A stretch of 31,710 bases of DNA, from positions 1 through 31,710 of the IMG/VR virus record IMGVR_UViG_3300024284_000017, one strand, 5' to 3'. Below, one piece after another: positions 19,053-26,789 of the stretch. The notes under the pieces are model-generated. The model was given only the letters and a program-made list of their open reading frames with translations. It was not told where the DNA came from and did not search any database. Position 1 is the first letter of the stretch. Each line of letters starts with the position of its first letter. This DNA is from a virus (Duplodnaviria; Caudoviricetes). A program made the position numbers and the translations under genes.

Positions 19053-19202
19053 TTACAGATTGCTCAGAAGCAACGCGATTTTGAACAAAAGCTGATGGTC
19101 CGAGTCGCCGGGCTTGGCCTCGCCGCCGAGGGTCTCCAACCACTTCGCGAGAAGTGTATTGTCAGAGTCCCCCCACTTCGGGGTGGTGTCCGGCCAAAAC
19201 AT
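19053..19202 (-). CDS. 49-aa protein built from two D-x-D-x-x-LL-x-K repeats
   Basis: ATG 19202 in TAATG overlap: MFWPDTTPKWGDSDNTLLAKW...GDSDHQLLFKIALLL; similar to the N-terminus of the next gene. Confidence 0.75.
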   Translation of the reverse strand: MFWPDTTPKWGDSDNTLLAKWLETLGGEAKPGDSDHQLLFKIALLLSNL

Positions 19203-19405
19203 TACGTCAGCGGAACGATGTTGCAGTTGGCCAGCACGCGCGTGCGGGCTTCTTCGAGCGGCGTGGACGTGCTCACGCTGGCGCCAACTACGGCAGCCGC
19301 GCGCACCCACAGGTCGATTTCCGCGTCGTATGGATTCGCCACGATTCCGAGCCGGTCGGCCAGGATTTCACCCAGGCGGGCGATGGGGTCGTTGAAACCG
19401 TTCAT
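19202..19405 (-). CDS. Small hypothetical (likely virion) protein
   Basis: 67 aa, abutting both neighbours (TAAATG and TAATG junctions). Confidence 0.65.
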   Translation of the reverse strand: MNGFNDPIARLGEILADRLGIVANPYDAEIDLWVRAAAVVGASVSTSTPLEEARTRVLANCNIVPLT

Positions 19406-19606
19406 TTACTTCTTGTCCTTTTTGTTGTCGCGATGAAGGGCTTGGGCCTTACGGAAAATATACCAAGTGGTCACCGCGGCCACTGAGATTTGTCCGACCA
19501 ACACGAGCGCATTGAGAACTGGCGTCGCCGTGTCGATGAAAATGTTTGCCAGTGGTGAGCCAAACCCGAGAAGGGCCGCTCCAGAAACTTTGAGGTTGTC
19601 GAACAC
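19406..19606 (-). CDS. Small membrane protein, holin-like
   Basis: Probable GTG start 19606, just after the terminator; hydrophobic segments followed by a basic tail RKAQALHRDNKKDKK. Confidence 0.55.
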   Translation of the reverse strand: MFDNLKVSGAALLGFGSPLANIFIDTATPVLNALVLVGQISVAAVTTWYIFRKAQALHRDNKKDKK

Positions 19607-19612
19607 AACGAG

Positions 19613-19646
19613 AAAAGAAAGGGTGTGAGCCCGAAGGCCCACACCC
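19613..19646 (-). terminator. Intrinsic terminator closing the capsid transcription unit
   Basis: GGGTGTGGGCC-TTCG-GGCTCACACCC (11-bp stem, one G-U pair, UUCG loop) followed by TTTCTTTT. Confidence 0.9.
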
Positions 19647-19660
19647 AATTCGAAAACCGC

Positions 19661-19861
19661 TCAGGTAATGGGCGTGTCAATGCCGAGGGCAGTGACCAGC
19701 GCATTATCCCAATCGGACCCGGCGCTCTTGTCCGTGATAGCGGACCCGCCGGCGATGAGAATTTCCTGCAACAGACCCGACACGGAGCGGCCTTCGAGCC
19801 CGGTGAGGCTGAGGTCGTGACCGAGTGCGAGGAGAGCAGCTTGAGCTTCAACGTAAGTCAT
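19661..19861 (-). CDS. Small protein co-transcribed with the major capsid gene (possible decoration protein)
   Basis: 66 aa; the only gene between the MCP and the terminator; A/C-rich unstructured upstream region. Confidence 0.65.
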   Translation of the reverse strand: MTYVEAQAALLALGHDLSLTGLEGRSVSGLLQEILIAGGSAITDKSAGSDWDNALVTALGIDTPIT

Positions 19862-19887
19862 ATTTTTTGGTGAGGTTGAGTGTTGAA

Positions 19888-19915
19888 CTGGCCGGCGGTT
19901 TTACCCGCCGGCCAG
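19888..19915 (-). other. Strong stem-loop downstream of the capsid gene (no U-tract)
   Basis: CTGGCCGGCGG-GTAAAA-CCGCCGGCCAG, perfect 11-bp stem. Confidence 0.8.
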
Positions 19916-19929
19916 ACCCTACAGACCCA
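19908..19929 (+). repeat. Inverted-repeat partner of 27104-27125
   Basis: ccggccagACCCTACAGACCCA (+) versus ccggtctaACCCTACAGACCCA (minus strand of 27104-27125): 14 nt perfect, 19/22 overall. Confidence 0.8.
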
Positions 19930-19931
19930 GC

Positions 19932-21212
19932 TTAGGAGTCGCAGACTCCCAAGGTGGCAAACGAATCGCTTCCAGAGAAGCTCGAACTGTCCGTCACGGT
20001 GCAGTCGGGCAGACCGAGGTCCGCTTGGCAGCGCCGATACAGGATGGGGACGACGTGCTGCGGGCGAATCGGCTGATACGCACGAGTAATCTGATACTTG
20101 TGCCAACCGAAGTCACCGAACTGATTGCAGTCGTTGTCCACGATGTAGTGCCACTCCAGCTCACCCATGTGAAGCTGAGGCGCGAACTTGAAGGTCCCTT
20201 CGCCGACATACTTCTCGGGCACGAGCCGGTTGAAGGTATTGTCGAACATCAAGAACCCGACTTCGTAGTCCGCAGCCAACCACGCGGGATTGACCTTGGC
20301 ATACGCCGTGTTCTTGGTGAGGTTCGGGACGTTCACGACGGGGTCAACCAGGATGAGGTTGCCGTCGCCGTCGAAGCCGGTCGCACGCAGCGGGCGCTGG
20401 TCAACACCAAACGCGATGCCGCGATACGCGGGGGCCTCTTCGAACTGGTAGGCAGAGACACTCTGCTCGCCCAGCTTGTATCCACCGGTCGTCAAACCGA
20501 TGAGGATTTCCTTCACGCCGATTTCGTTGCGGAAACTCTCGATGATGTCGGAGCTGCCGATGAAACGAGCGTGGGGCATCCCTTTGCCTTCGCTGTCGAA
20601 CATCGAAGCGAACAACGCTTCCTTGACGAAGCGCGTGACGTAGTGCAGAGCCTTGAAGCTCAGCGGACCCGTCGGCAACAGTGGGGCGAACTGGACACCG
20701 AGGTCCGTTTCAGTTCCACCGGTGAACAGAGAGTCGAAATCGTAGCCGGCGACGGCGTTGAACTTCGACGCGCTGCGCAGGTAAAGCTGGGCGCGGATGT
20801 CGGCGTTGACGTATTGCGTCACCAGCTTCCGCAGAGAATCCTCGGCAGAGAGATAGCTGGATTTGAAGGCAGCGTAGCCTTTCTTGACGCAGACGCGAGG
20901 ACCACGACCACGCTTGGTTTCCAAGCGAGCGGTGAAGTCGATTGCGTCGGTGAGGTCCTGGATGCCGTTGGTTCCACAGACTTCAGTGTCGCACTGAAAA
21001 GTGGGGAGAGCCAGCGAGTCGCCTGGGGCGGCTTGCATCTGGACGGGGAAGCGGATTTCATCCGACACGCCGGACGGGAACACCCCGCCGCCGATGACGT
21101 TAATGAAAACCGAGTTGGCCGCGAGAGTTTTCGCGACCGTCCCAACGAGCCGGGAAACGTCCTTTTGGGCGATTTCCGAGATTACGTCGGGTGCATTACA
21201 GTCAGCACTCAT
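19932..21212 (-). CDS. Major capsid protein (putative)
   Basis: 426 aa; downstream of portal and scaffold; has its own promoter-like motif, long leader, downstream hairpin and terminator, as expected for a highly expressed MCP. Confidence 0.78.
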   Translation of the reverse strand: MSADCNAPDVISEIAQKDVSRLVGTVAKTLAANSVFINVIGGGVFPSGVSDEIRFPVQMQAAPGDSLALPTFQCDTEVCGTNGIQDLTDAIDFTARLETKRGRGPRVCVKKGYAAFKSSYLSAEDSLRKLVTQYVNADIRAQLYLRSASKFNAVAGYDFDSLFTGGTETDLGVQFAPLLPTGPLSFKALHYVTRFVKEALFASMFDSEGKGMPHARFIGSSDIIESFRNEIGVKEILIGLTTGGYKLGEQSVSAYQFEEAPAYRGIAFGVDQRPLRATGFDGDGNLILVDPVVNVPNLTKNTAYAKVNPAWLAADYEVGFLMFDNTFNRLVPEKYVGEGTFKFAPQLHMGELEWHYIVDNDCNQFGDFGWHKYQITRAYQPIRPQHVVPILYRRCQADLGLPDCTVTDSSSFSGSDSFATLGVCDS

Positions 21213-21365
21213 TTTGAGTAACTTTCGGTTTTGTCCTGGGTTTGCCCCAGAACGGGTTTACGAACGATGCGACGCGTAGGGGCGTCACTGCCCTTCGCTC
21301 CAGAGCCACCGAAGCGCATTAGGCTCGTTCCAGACCGACCTAGTCCGGCTGACTGTTTAAGGTCA
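21213..21365 (-). promoter_or_regulatory. Structured ~150-nt 5' leader of the capsid gene
   Basis: Longest intergenic stretch in the window; four hairpins (21330-21348, 21296-21316, 21269-21288, 21233-21253) and a GAACGA/TCGTTC closing stem. Confidence 0.6.
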
Positions 21366-21369
21366 TTGA

Positions 21370-21398
21370 AGAAGTGTGGCGTTTTTGCGAAATGTCAA
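21370..21398 (-). promoter_or_regulatory. Promoter-like motif TTGACA-N16-CACTTCT (copy 2)
   Basis: TTGACA tttcgcaaaaacgcca CACTTCT upstream of the MCP leader; the fcl stop codon TGA lies inside TTGACA. Confidence 0.8.
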
Positions 21399-22333
21399 CG
21401 CAAAATCGACAACCGCTGAAGATATTGGGCGTAGGTCAGCTTAAGTCCTTCCGGGAAAGGCACTTTGGGTGACCACCCGAGCGACCGGATGACGGAGTTG
21501 TCCAGGAGCTTCCGGGGGACGCCCGTGGGCTTGCTCGAATCGAAGTGCAGCCAGCCCTTGAAGCCGACCACCTGGGCCACCTCCTCAGCGATGGCCTTGA
21601 TTGTCCACTCGTCGCTGCTGCCCGTGTTCACCACCGCGCGCCCGCTGTATTCGTTCATCAGCAGCACGCACGCGCGAGCGAGGTCATCCGCGTAGAGCAA
21701 CTCCCGCTCCGCGGTTCCGTCGCCCCACACATCAAATTCTCGGAGCCCAATTTTCTTCGCTTGGTGCATGCGCGTCAAAAGACCGGGGACGACGTGCGAA
21801 CGCACGCTGTCGAATCGGTCACCGCCGCCGTAGAGATTGCACGGCATGGCCGAGATGAAGTCGTGACCTTTCTCGTCCCGGAGGTATTGGCACAGCCGGA
21901 TGCCGGCCACCTTGGCGATTCCATACGCCTCGGTCGTGGGCTCGAACGGTCCGGTCAAAAGCGCCTCGGGCTTGATAGGCTGGGCCGAGTCCCGCGGATA
22001 GATGCACGAGCTGCCCAAGAACAACAGCTTCTTCGTGCCATACTCCGCGGCGTTGAGGATGATGTTGTTTTGGATGGCGAGGTTCTTCGTGATGAAGTCC
22101 ACCTTGTTCTGGTCGTTCGCCAGGATGCCCCCGACGTGCGCCGCGGCCAGAAAAACATACTCCGGTCGGTGGACGGAGAAAAACCACTTCACGAAGACCG
22201 GGTCCGTGAGGTCGCCCTCCTGCCGAGTAGCCGTGACGATGTTCTGGTAACCTTGCGCGCGAAGCTGGCGATAAAGTGCGTCACCAACAAGCCCACGATG
22301 CCCGGCCACATAGATTTTGGATTCCTTGTTCAT
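21395..22333 (-). CDS. fcl: GDP-L-fucose synthase (GDP-4-keto-6-deoxymannose epimerase/reductase)
   Basis: ATG 22333 (ATGA overlap): KIYVAGHRGLVG, FLAAAHVGGILAN, FLGSSCIYP, YGIAK (YxxxK), MPCNLYG, SHVVP, WGDGT, KPTGVPRKLLD are the Fcl/WcaG signatures. Confidence 0.95.
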   Translation of the reverse strand: MNKESKIYVAGHRGLVGDALYRQLRAQGYQNIVTATRQEGDLTDPVFVKWFFSVHRPEYVFLAAAHVGGILANDQNKVDFITKNLAIQNNIILNAAEYGTKKLLFLGSSCIYPRDSAQPIKPEALLTGPFEPTTEAYGIAKVAGIRLCQYLRDEKGHDFISAMPCNLYGGGDRFDSVRSHVVPGLLTRMHQAKKIGLREFDVWGDGTAERELLYADDLARACVLLMNEYSGRAVVNTGSSDEWTIKAIAEEVAQVVGFKGWLHFDSSKPTGVPRKLLDNSVIRSLGWSPKVPFPEGLKLTYAQYLQRLSILR

Positions 22334-23049
22334 TTGCTCTTTCGTTTGAGGAACTGTCCACGCGCGTATTCGAGCTGCCGACGAATCGACGCGTTCTTCA
22401 CCGAGTGAACGAAGATTTTTCCCTGCCGCCAAACTTGGTCGGTCATCACTTTCAAGCCGTAAGGGTCCGCCGTCCCGCAACTGAACCCGTCCTTGAAAGT
22501 CTTGTGCGGAATTCCGCCGGCCACCGCGACCGCCATCACGAACCAGTCGATGAACGGGGTCTGCGGGTCAATCTTCACCAGCGGCGCGGCCTTAATCATC
22601 CGTTCGACGATTTCGCGCGACCAAAAATACGGGGGCTGGAACGCGAGGCGCGGCCACTTGTATTCCGGCTTGCGCTTGTGCATCATGTCGGACACCTCGT
22701 TGCTCCACAGCACGTCTTCCTTGTAAAGATACTCGGGAAGCTCGGGGGCCAGACAAAAACTGTCGGAGTCGTTCGAGAGGAAATGCGTCGCGTTGAAGTC
22801 GAGCATAATCTCCCAGTGGCGGACCTGCCGCTTGAGGCTGTCCTCACCGGTGTATTGCCGCTTGCCGCCGAAGCGGCAGATGTGCGGACCGAACGATTCA
22901 ATGCGGGAGTCGTCCGGCGTCATCACCACGATGGGCGCCTTGTGATGCTCATACATCGGGCGAAGGTCGTTAATCTGGTGAGCGTCCCCGGCGTAGCCGT
23001 GAACAGTGACGACCAGCTTCTTCACGCTTTGTTGTATTTCGTCGGGCAT
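22330..23049 (-). CDS. Putative GT-A fold glycosyltransferase
   Basis: Hydrophobic strand followed by DSD (HFLSNDSDSF), C-terminal FVHSVK, GGAGG upstream of the ATG; sits inside the sugar-modification cluster. Confidence 0.6.
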   Translation of the reverse strand: MPDEIQQSVKKLVVTVHGYAGDAHQINDLRPMYEHHKAPIVVMTPDDSRIESFGPHICRFGGKRQYTGEDSLKRQVRHWEIMLDFNATHFLSNDSDSFCLAPELPEYLYKEDVLWSNEVSDMMHKRKPEYKWPRLAFQPPYFWSREIVERMIKAAPLVKIDPQTPFIDWFVMAVAVAGGIPHKTFKDGFSCGTADPYGLKVMTDQVWRQGKIFVHSVKNASIRRQLEYARGQFLKRKSK

Positions 23050-23573
23050 GTCTGGGTCCTCCGTTCCAGGGGAAACTCAAAAAGCGCCTCCTGGAGTCTT
23101 GCCACGTCCACGTTCTGCGTCCGTGTCACAAATTGAATCACGCTCGTGACGGTCGCCACCGGGCGCGCCATCAGGTCCTCATACCACACCACCAGCCGCC
23201 ACGGCACCGGGCTATAAATCCACTTCTTCACGAAGTTCGCGTAGAATTCGATGCGATGCTCGCACGTATCCACAACGCGACCGGCCACGCGCTTGTCCAG
23301 GTTCTCCCAGGATTCAATCGCTTCCAGCGGATTTCGAATCTGCACGATATAGTTTCGGTCCGGCAGAATCGGCGTGTCCAGGTTGAAGTCGTGGTTCTTC
23401 TGCCAGTTGGTCGAAGAACCCTCCCCGATGCGCGCGCCGTCCCGATAAATTTCACCGTAGTGAAAGTTTTCCGCGAAGTAAAAACGCAGCACCTCAGTGA
23501 GCGCGTGGTGCCCACACCGCGGGAAGCTGATGCACTCGGTCGGGATGAAGGTGCGCGGAAATTCTTTGCTCAT
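23022..23573 (-). CDS. Sulfotransferase-like protein
   Basis: SFPRCGHH (5'-PSB-like loop), IRNPLEAIES (3'-PB RxPxxxxxS motif), WYEDLMARP; ATG 23573 in ATGA overlap. Confidence 0.75.
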   Translation of the reverse strand: MSKEFPRTFIPTECISFPRCGHHALTEVLRFYFAENFHYGEIYRDGARIGEGSSTNWQKNHDFNLDTPILPDRNYIVQIRNPLEAIESWENLDKRVAGRVVDTCEHRIEFYANFVKKWIYSPVPWRLVVWYEDLMARPVATVTSVIQFVTRTQNVDVARLQEALFEFPLERRTQTCPTKYNKA

Positions 23574-24316
23574 AGCCACCGCTTTCGGACGAGGTTGAAC
23601 ACGTCATCGGTCTTGCAGCCGTGAAGATACACTGCGCCCTCGGCCAGGAGCGATTCGTATTGCTCCTGCGACACCTGCGGGCAGCGCCACCAGGATTTCA
23701 TCTGCTTGCAATCAGCCCAGCCCATCCGCTTGAACTGCGGGGCCAGACACCAGTCCCAGCCGGCGTGCGGATTGCAGCCGCCGATTTTTCGGGTGAACCA
23801 ATGGAGAAAAGGCATGTCGCCCGAGACCAGACAGTTTCCGTTGATGTGCTGGTTCCCCGCGTCTTTCACACCGTTCGGTAGCAGCGGGCCGAACACGCGC
23901 ACCGGCTTGACCTTGTTGGCCAAGTCCCAGGCGTTCGACAGCTCCTCTATCCAGCCCGGACGAAGCGGCGCGCTGTCCGCTTCAAGAAGCGCCACAGCCT
24001 TGTAAGGAGGGATTCGTCGAACCGCAGCGTGACTGTATACGTAGTCGAGTGTGCCGAAAGCGAGGTCGTTGCATCCGGCGGGCCATCCTTTGCCGCGGCG
24101 TCCCCGGCAAATGTTCGTATGCACAGCAAACTTGCGAGAAACGTATTCGATAGTGGAAACATCGTGCGTGCAATCGAATCGCGCGGAAAAAAGCACATCG
24201 GCGTTCTCCGACATGCGCGGCTCCAAGTCCGCCACTAGCCGAGCCAACTTACTCGATTGTGCTCGGTCCTGTTCCCAATAAACAAAGGCAATGAGAAGTT
24301 TGTTAGCGGGATTCAA
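23570..24316 (-). CDS. Putative GT-A fold glycosyltransferase
   Basis: Likely TTG start 24316 preceded by GGAGG; ALLEADSAPL (ExD), HINGN, WDW, C-terminal YLHGCK similar to FVHSVK of 22330-23049. Confidence 0.6.
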   Translation of the reverse strand: MNPANKLLIAFVYWEQDRAQSSKLARLVADLEPRMSENADVLFSARFDCTHDVSTIEYVSRKFAVHTNICRGRRGKGWPAGCNDLAFGTLDYVYSHAAVRRIPPYKAVALLEADSAPLRPGWIEELSNAWDLANKVKPVRVFGPLLPNGVKDAGNQHINGNCLVSGDMPFLHWFTRKIGGCNPHAGWDWCLAPQFKRMGWADCKQMKSWWRCPQVSQEQYESLLAEGAVYLHGCKTDDVFNLVRKRWL

Positions 24317-24713
24317 GGTATTCCTCCGATGATTTTTTCCACACGGGATTTTCCATCTCGTGAAGAACACTGTTGCACCGACGACACAAAAGACCTCGGA
24401 CCTTGCCGGTCGCGTGATTGTGGTCCACAACCAATTTCTTCGGGGCGCCCCCACAAATTTCGCAACGGTTACCGACCCTGGCACACCACTGTTCGTAAGC
24501 TTCCAAGGTTAGCCCGTAAGACCGCAGCAAGTGATTTTTCTTGTCGCGCAGTTTGTAAGCATCCAGATGTCTTTCGCGCTGCTCCTTGCTTTTCCGAGAC
24601 TCATACCCAGGGTCACGAAGCACTCGTTTCGCCCTGGACTTCCTGGACGCAGCACGCGCTCGTTCCTTTCGGATGAAGTCCGAAGTGTTACCGGTTCTTG
24701 TCTGGCTCTCCAT
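24303..24713 (-). CDS. Endonuclease VII-family HNH (free-standing homing endonuclease-like)
   Basis: YGLT...CEICG...LVVDHNHATGKVRGLLCRRCN; overlaps both neighbours; start 24713 or 24737. Confidence 0.9.
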   Translation of the reverse strand: MESQTRTGNTSDFIRKERARAASRKSRAKRVLRDPGYESRKSKEQRERHLDAYKLRDKKNHLLRSYGLTLEAYEQWCARVGNRCEICGGAPKKLVVDHNHATGKVRGLLCRRCNSVLHEMENPVWKKSSEEYLESR

Positions 24714-25488
24714 AACAGTAGCTACCGATGTGGCCACAAAGCAGGCCCATGTCTACGTGCGGCTGGTGACCCGCCTGGGTGGCGCGAATGCAGAATTGAA
24801 CATCCTCGCCCATTCCCAAGCTCGAATGCCGCTTAGACTTCGCCGACGCCGCGCGAAGATATTTCATCGCCTCCTCGGCGTTCGGCCAGTCTTTGACAAC
24901 TTCAAAAGCGTGCCGGAGGTCGTGCTCGCTTGACGTAAACCACTGACCGCCCTTGCCGTCCTTCCCGCGCGCGAGGTGCGGAAACTCCTTCTCGATATCG
25001 AGCAAAACCGAACGGTGAATCAGCATGCACCCGGTCCCGACCCATCGCGTTGGTTTGATGAGGTCGTATGGTCCGCGCTTGGCGTAGCGCAACTCGTCCG
25101 GGTCCGAACCTTCGCCATACATCGCCTTGCCGTGACGCCAGCGACCGAAGTAAAGGCCCCCCACCAAAGTTTTGCCGTGAGATAGAAGCCGGTCGATAGT
25201 GTTGCGTCCGGCAAAACGCTCAGCAAGACTGAAGCGAGTAAACGAATTAAAAAGTTTTGCATTCCCCCAAGGCACGACCATGTCGTCGTCGATTGTCAGC
25301 ATCCATTCCATCTTGGTCTGCAAAAATCCCGCGGCGAGCTTGTTCCGGGAATGCACTACGAATGCATCCCCGAAGTCCAGCATCTCCGCGGTCCGGCCCT
25401 TGCCGTTGTGAATCAGCCCCATGACGCTGAAAGCCATCCGTGGCTCCATCGTCTTATACGAGGGCAGACAAATGCAGACCTGACTCAT
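24688..25488 (-). CDS. Glycosyltransferase, GT2-like
   Basis: SRNKL, WMLTIDDDM (DxD), VGTGCMLIHRSVL, GEDVQFC, CGHIG: the common phage GT2 pattern; TAATG-coupled to the scaffold gene. Confidence 0.88.
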   Translation of the reverse strand: MSQVCICLPSYKTMEPRMAFSVMGLIHNGKGRTAEMLDFGDAFVVHSRNKLAAGFLQTKMEWMLTIDDDMVVPWGNAKLFNSFTRFSLAERFAGRNTIDRLLSHGKTLVGGLYFGRWRHGKAMYGEGSDPDELRYAKRGPYDLIKPTRWVGTGCMLIHRSVLLDIEKEFPHLARGKDGKGGQWFTSSEHDLRHAFEVVKDWPNAEEAMKYLRAASAKSKRHSSLGMGEDVQFCIRATQAGHQPHVDMGLLCGHIGSYCYGEPDKNR

Positions 25489-26786
25489 TAGCCGCGGCGG
25501 GCTTCAACCTCCGCACGGGCTCGGTCGAGCGCGTCCGCAGGTTTCTCGTTCACGTTCGCCGCGCCGCCAGGGGTGATGGTCGTGGTCGCCGTGGTGTCGC
25601 GAAGGCGGTTCGTCGAACCCTTCTTCACTTTTTCCAACAGCGCGTTGGCCGCATCCAGTTCGGCTTTCAACTTCGTGACTTCGGACTTGTGGGCCGAGGT
25701 CGCCGCGGAGTAGTCCGCGCGCAGCTTCATCAACTGGGCCAGACCGACCGCCAGGAAGGCGCGCATCTCGGGACTGTCGTCGTCGATGGCTTCCTTGATG
25801 GCTTCCTTGGTTTCCGTCAAAAGCTTGTTGTGCTCCACGATGGACGCCTTCTCAGCGGCAGTGGACTTGTCCGTCGGCTTCTGCTCCACGAACCAGTCCA
25901 GCTTCGGCAACATGGTGTCGAGAGTGGTCGCGGCTTTTTCGCGAAATTCTTTCTTCGCGGTCTCGCCCGCCTGGGCGCGCTGCGTCAAAAACTCTTCCGA
26001 GTTTTTCTTCGCGGTGGCGATGGCGGTTGACTTCTTCTCCTTGAGGTCTTCGAGCTGCGTCAGCTTCACCTCGATGAACCGGCGAGCCGCGGAAGGCAGC
26101 TTCTCCAGAATCGGGTCCCACTGCACCTTGAAGACGCCGCCCATCGACTTGATTTTTTCGACGGTGTGTTCGGGAACACCGACAGCCAAAAGCTTGCCAT
26201 AGATGGACTCGGCCTGGGTCGTCGATTCCTCGTCGAACTTTTTGAATTCCGGGTCGGCCTCGACGTCAAGCTTGCGTCGGAATTCGCGAAGCTCCTTCAG
26301 CTCGGCCTCGACCTTCGGGTCGAGTCGGCCAGCTTTCTCCGTCAGCTCCTTGATTTGTTTCTCGAACGCGTCCCGCTCCGTCTGGAGCGCGGTCACCTTC
26401 TCGTTCGCGAGCCGCTTGATGTTCTCAAACGCCTCGGCGGATTTGCCCTTCAACTGCGGGGCCTGCACGTCCGAAAAAGCGTCGGTCGCAGCGCCGGACA
26501 CCGGGGGCGTCGCGTCACCGGACACAACAGGAGGCGTGGCGTCACCGGAAGGTCCGGTCGCACCGGTCGCTGCCGGCTGAGTCTTGGGAAGGAATTTTCC
26601 GGTCTTCGGGTCTCGCGGTTCCGCCGCGGGGGCCGCGGGACCGGTCGGACCTTTGTTTCCCTCTATCGGGCCGGCTTCTTCCTGCTGTTTCAGCAGCGCG
26701 TCGAGCGCGCTCGACGTCTCGTCAGAAATGGACGGCAGGTTGCCGCTCAAATCGGCGCCGGTAGAGTTGGGGTTCGGGTTGGGCAT
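25488..26786 (-). CDS. Putative capsid scaffolding protein
   Basis: 432 aa; disordered Pro/Ala/Thr N-terminus with the RDPKTGKF motif, long coiled coils, linker and short C-terminal helix; lies between portal and MCP. Confidence 0.72.
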   Translation of the reverse strand: MPNPNPNSTGADLSGNLPSISDETSSALDALLKQQEEAGPIEGNKGPTGPAAPAAEPRDPKTGKFLPKTQPAATGATGPSGDATPPVVSGDATPPVSGAATDAFSDVQAPQLKGKSAEAFENIKRLANEKVTALQTERDAFEKQIKELTEKAGRLDPKVEAELKELREFRRKLDVEADPEFKKFDEESTTQAESIYGKLLAVGVPEHTVEKIKSMGGVFKVQWDPILEKLPSAARRFIEVKLTQLEDLKEKKSTAIATAKKNSEEFLTQRAQAGETAKKEFREKAATTLDTMLPKLDWFVEQKPTDKSTAAEKASIVEHNKLLTETKEAIKEAIDDDSPEMRAFLAVGLAQLMKLRADYSAATSAHKSEVTKLKAELDAANALLEKVKKGSTNRLRDTTATTTITPGGAANVNEKPADALDRARAEVEARRG

Positions 26787-26789
26787 AGA

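Noticed and set aside
19858-19950. Possible MCP read-through or frameshift extension (small hairpin GGAGTC-TGC-GACTCC at the stop)
   Set aside because: No slippery heptamer seen; the read-through frame is not in frame with the next gene and stops shortly after.
23052-23059. Second possible target (GGACCCAG before ATG 23049) for the capsid 3' antisense element
   Set aside because: Only 7-8 bp including a G-U pair; expected by chance.
24682-24704. AGACA...ACACTTC near the start of the first HNH, similar to the promoter motif
   Set aside because: No TTGACA and the spacing is about 6 nt too short.
24303-24737. HNH genes as intron-encoded endonucleases
   Set aside because: Flanking genes look complete and there is no non-coding room for a group I intron core.
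26495-26550. SGDATPPV duplication and short GPTGP/ATGATGP motifs in the scaffold N-terminus
   Set aside because: Consistent with a low-complexity disordered linker; too short for a collagen helix.
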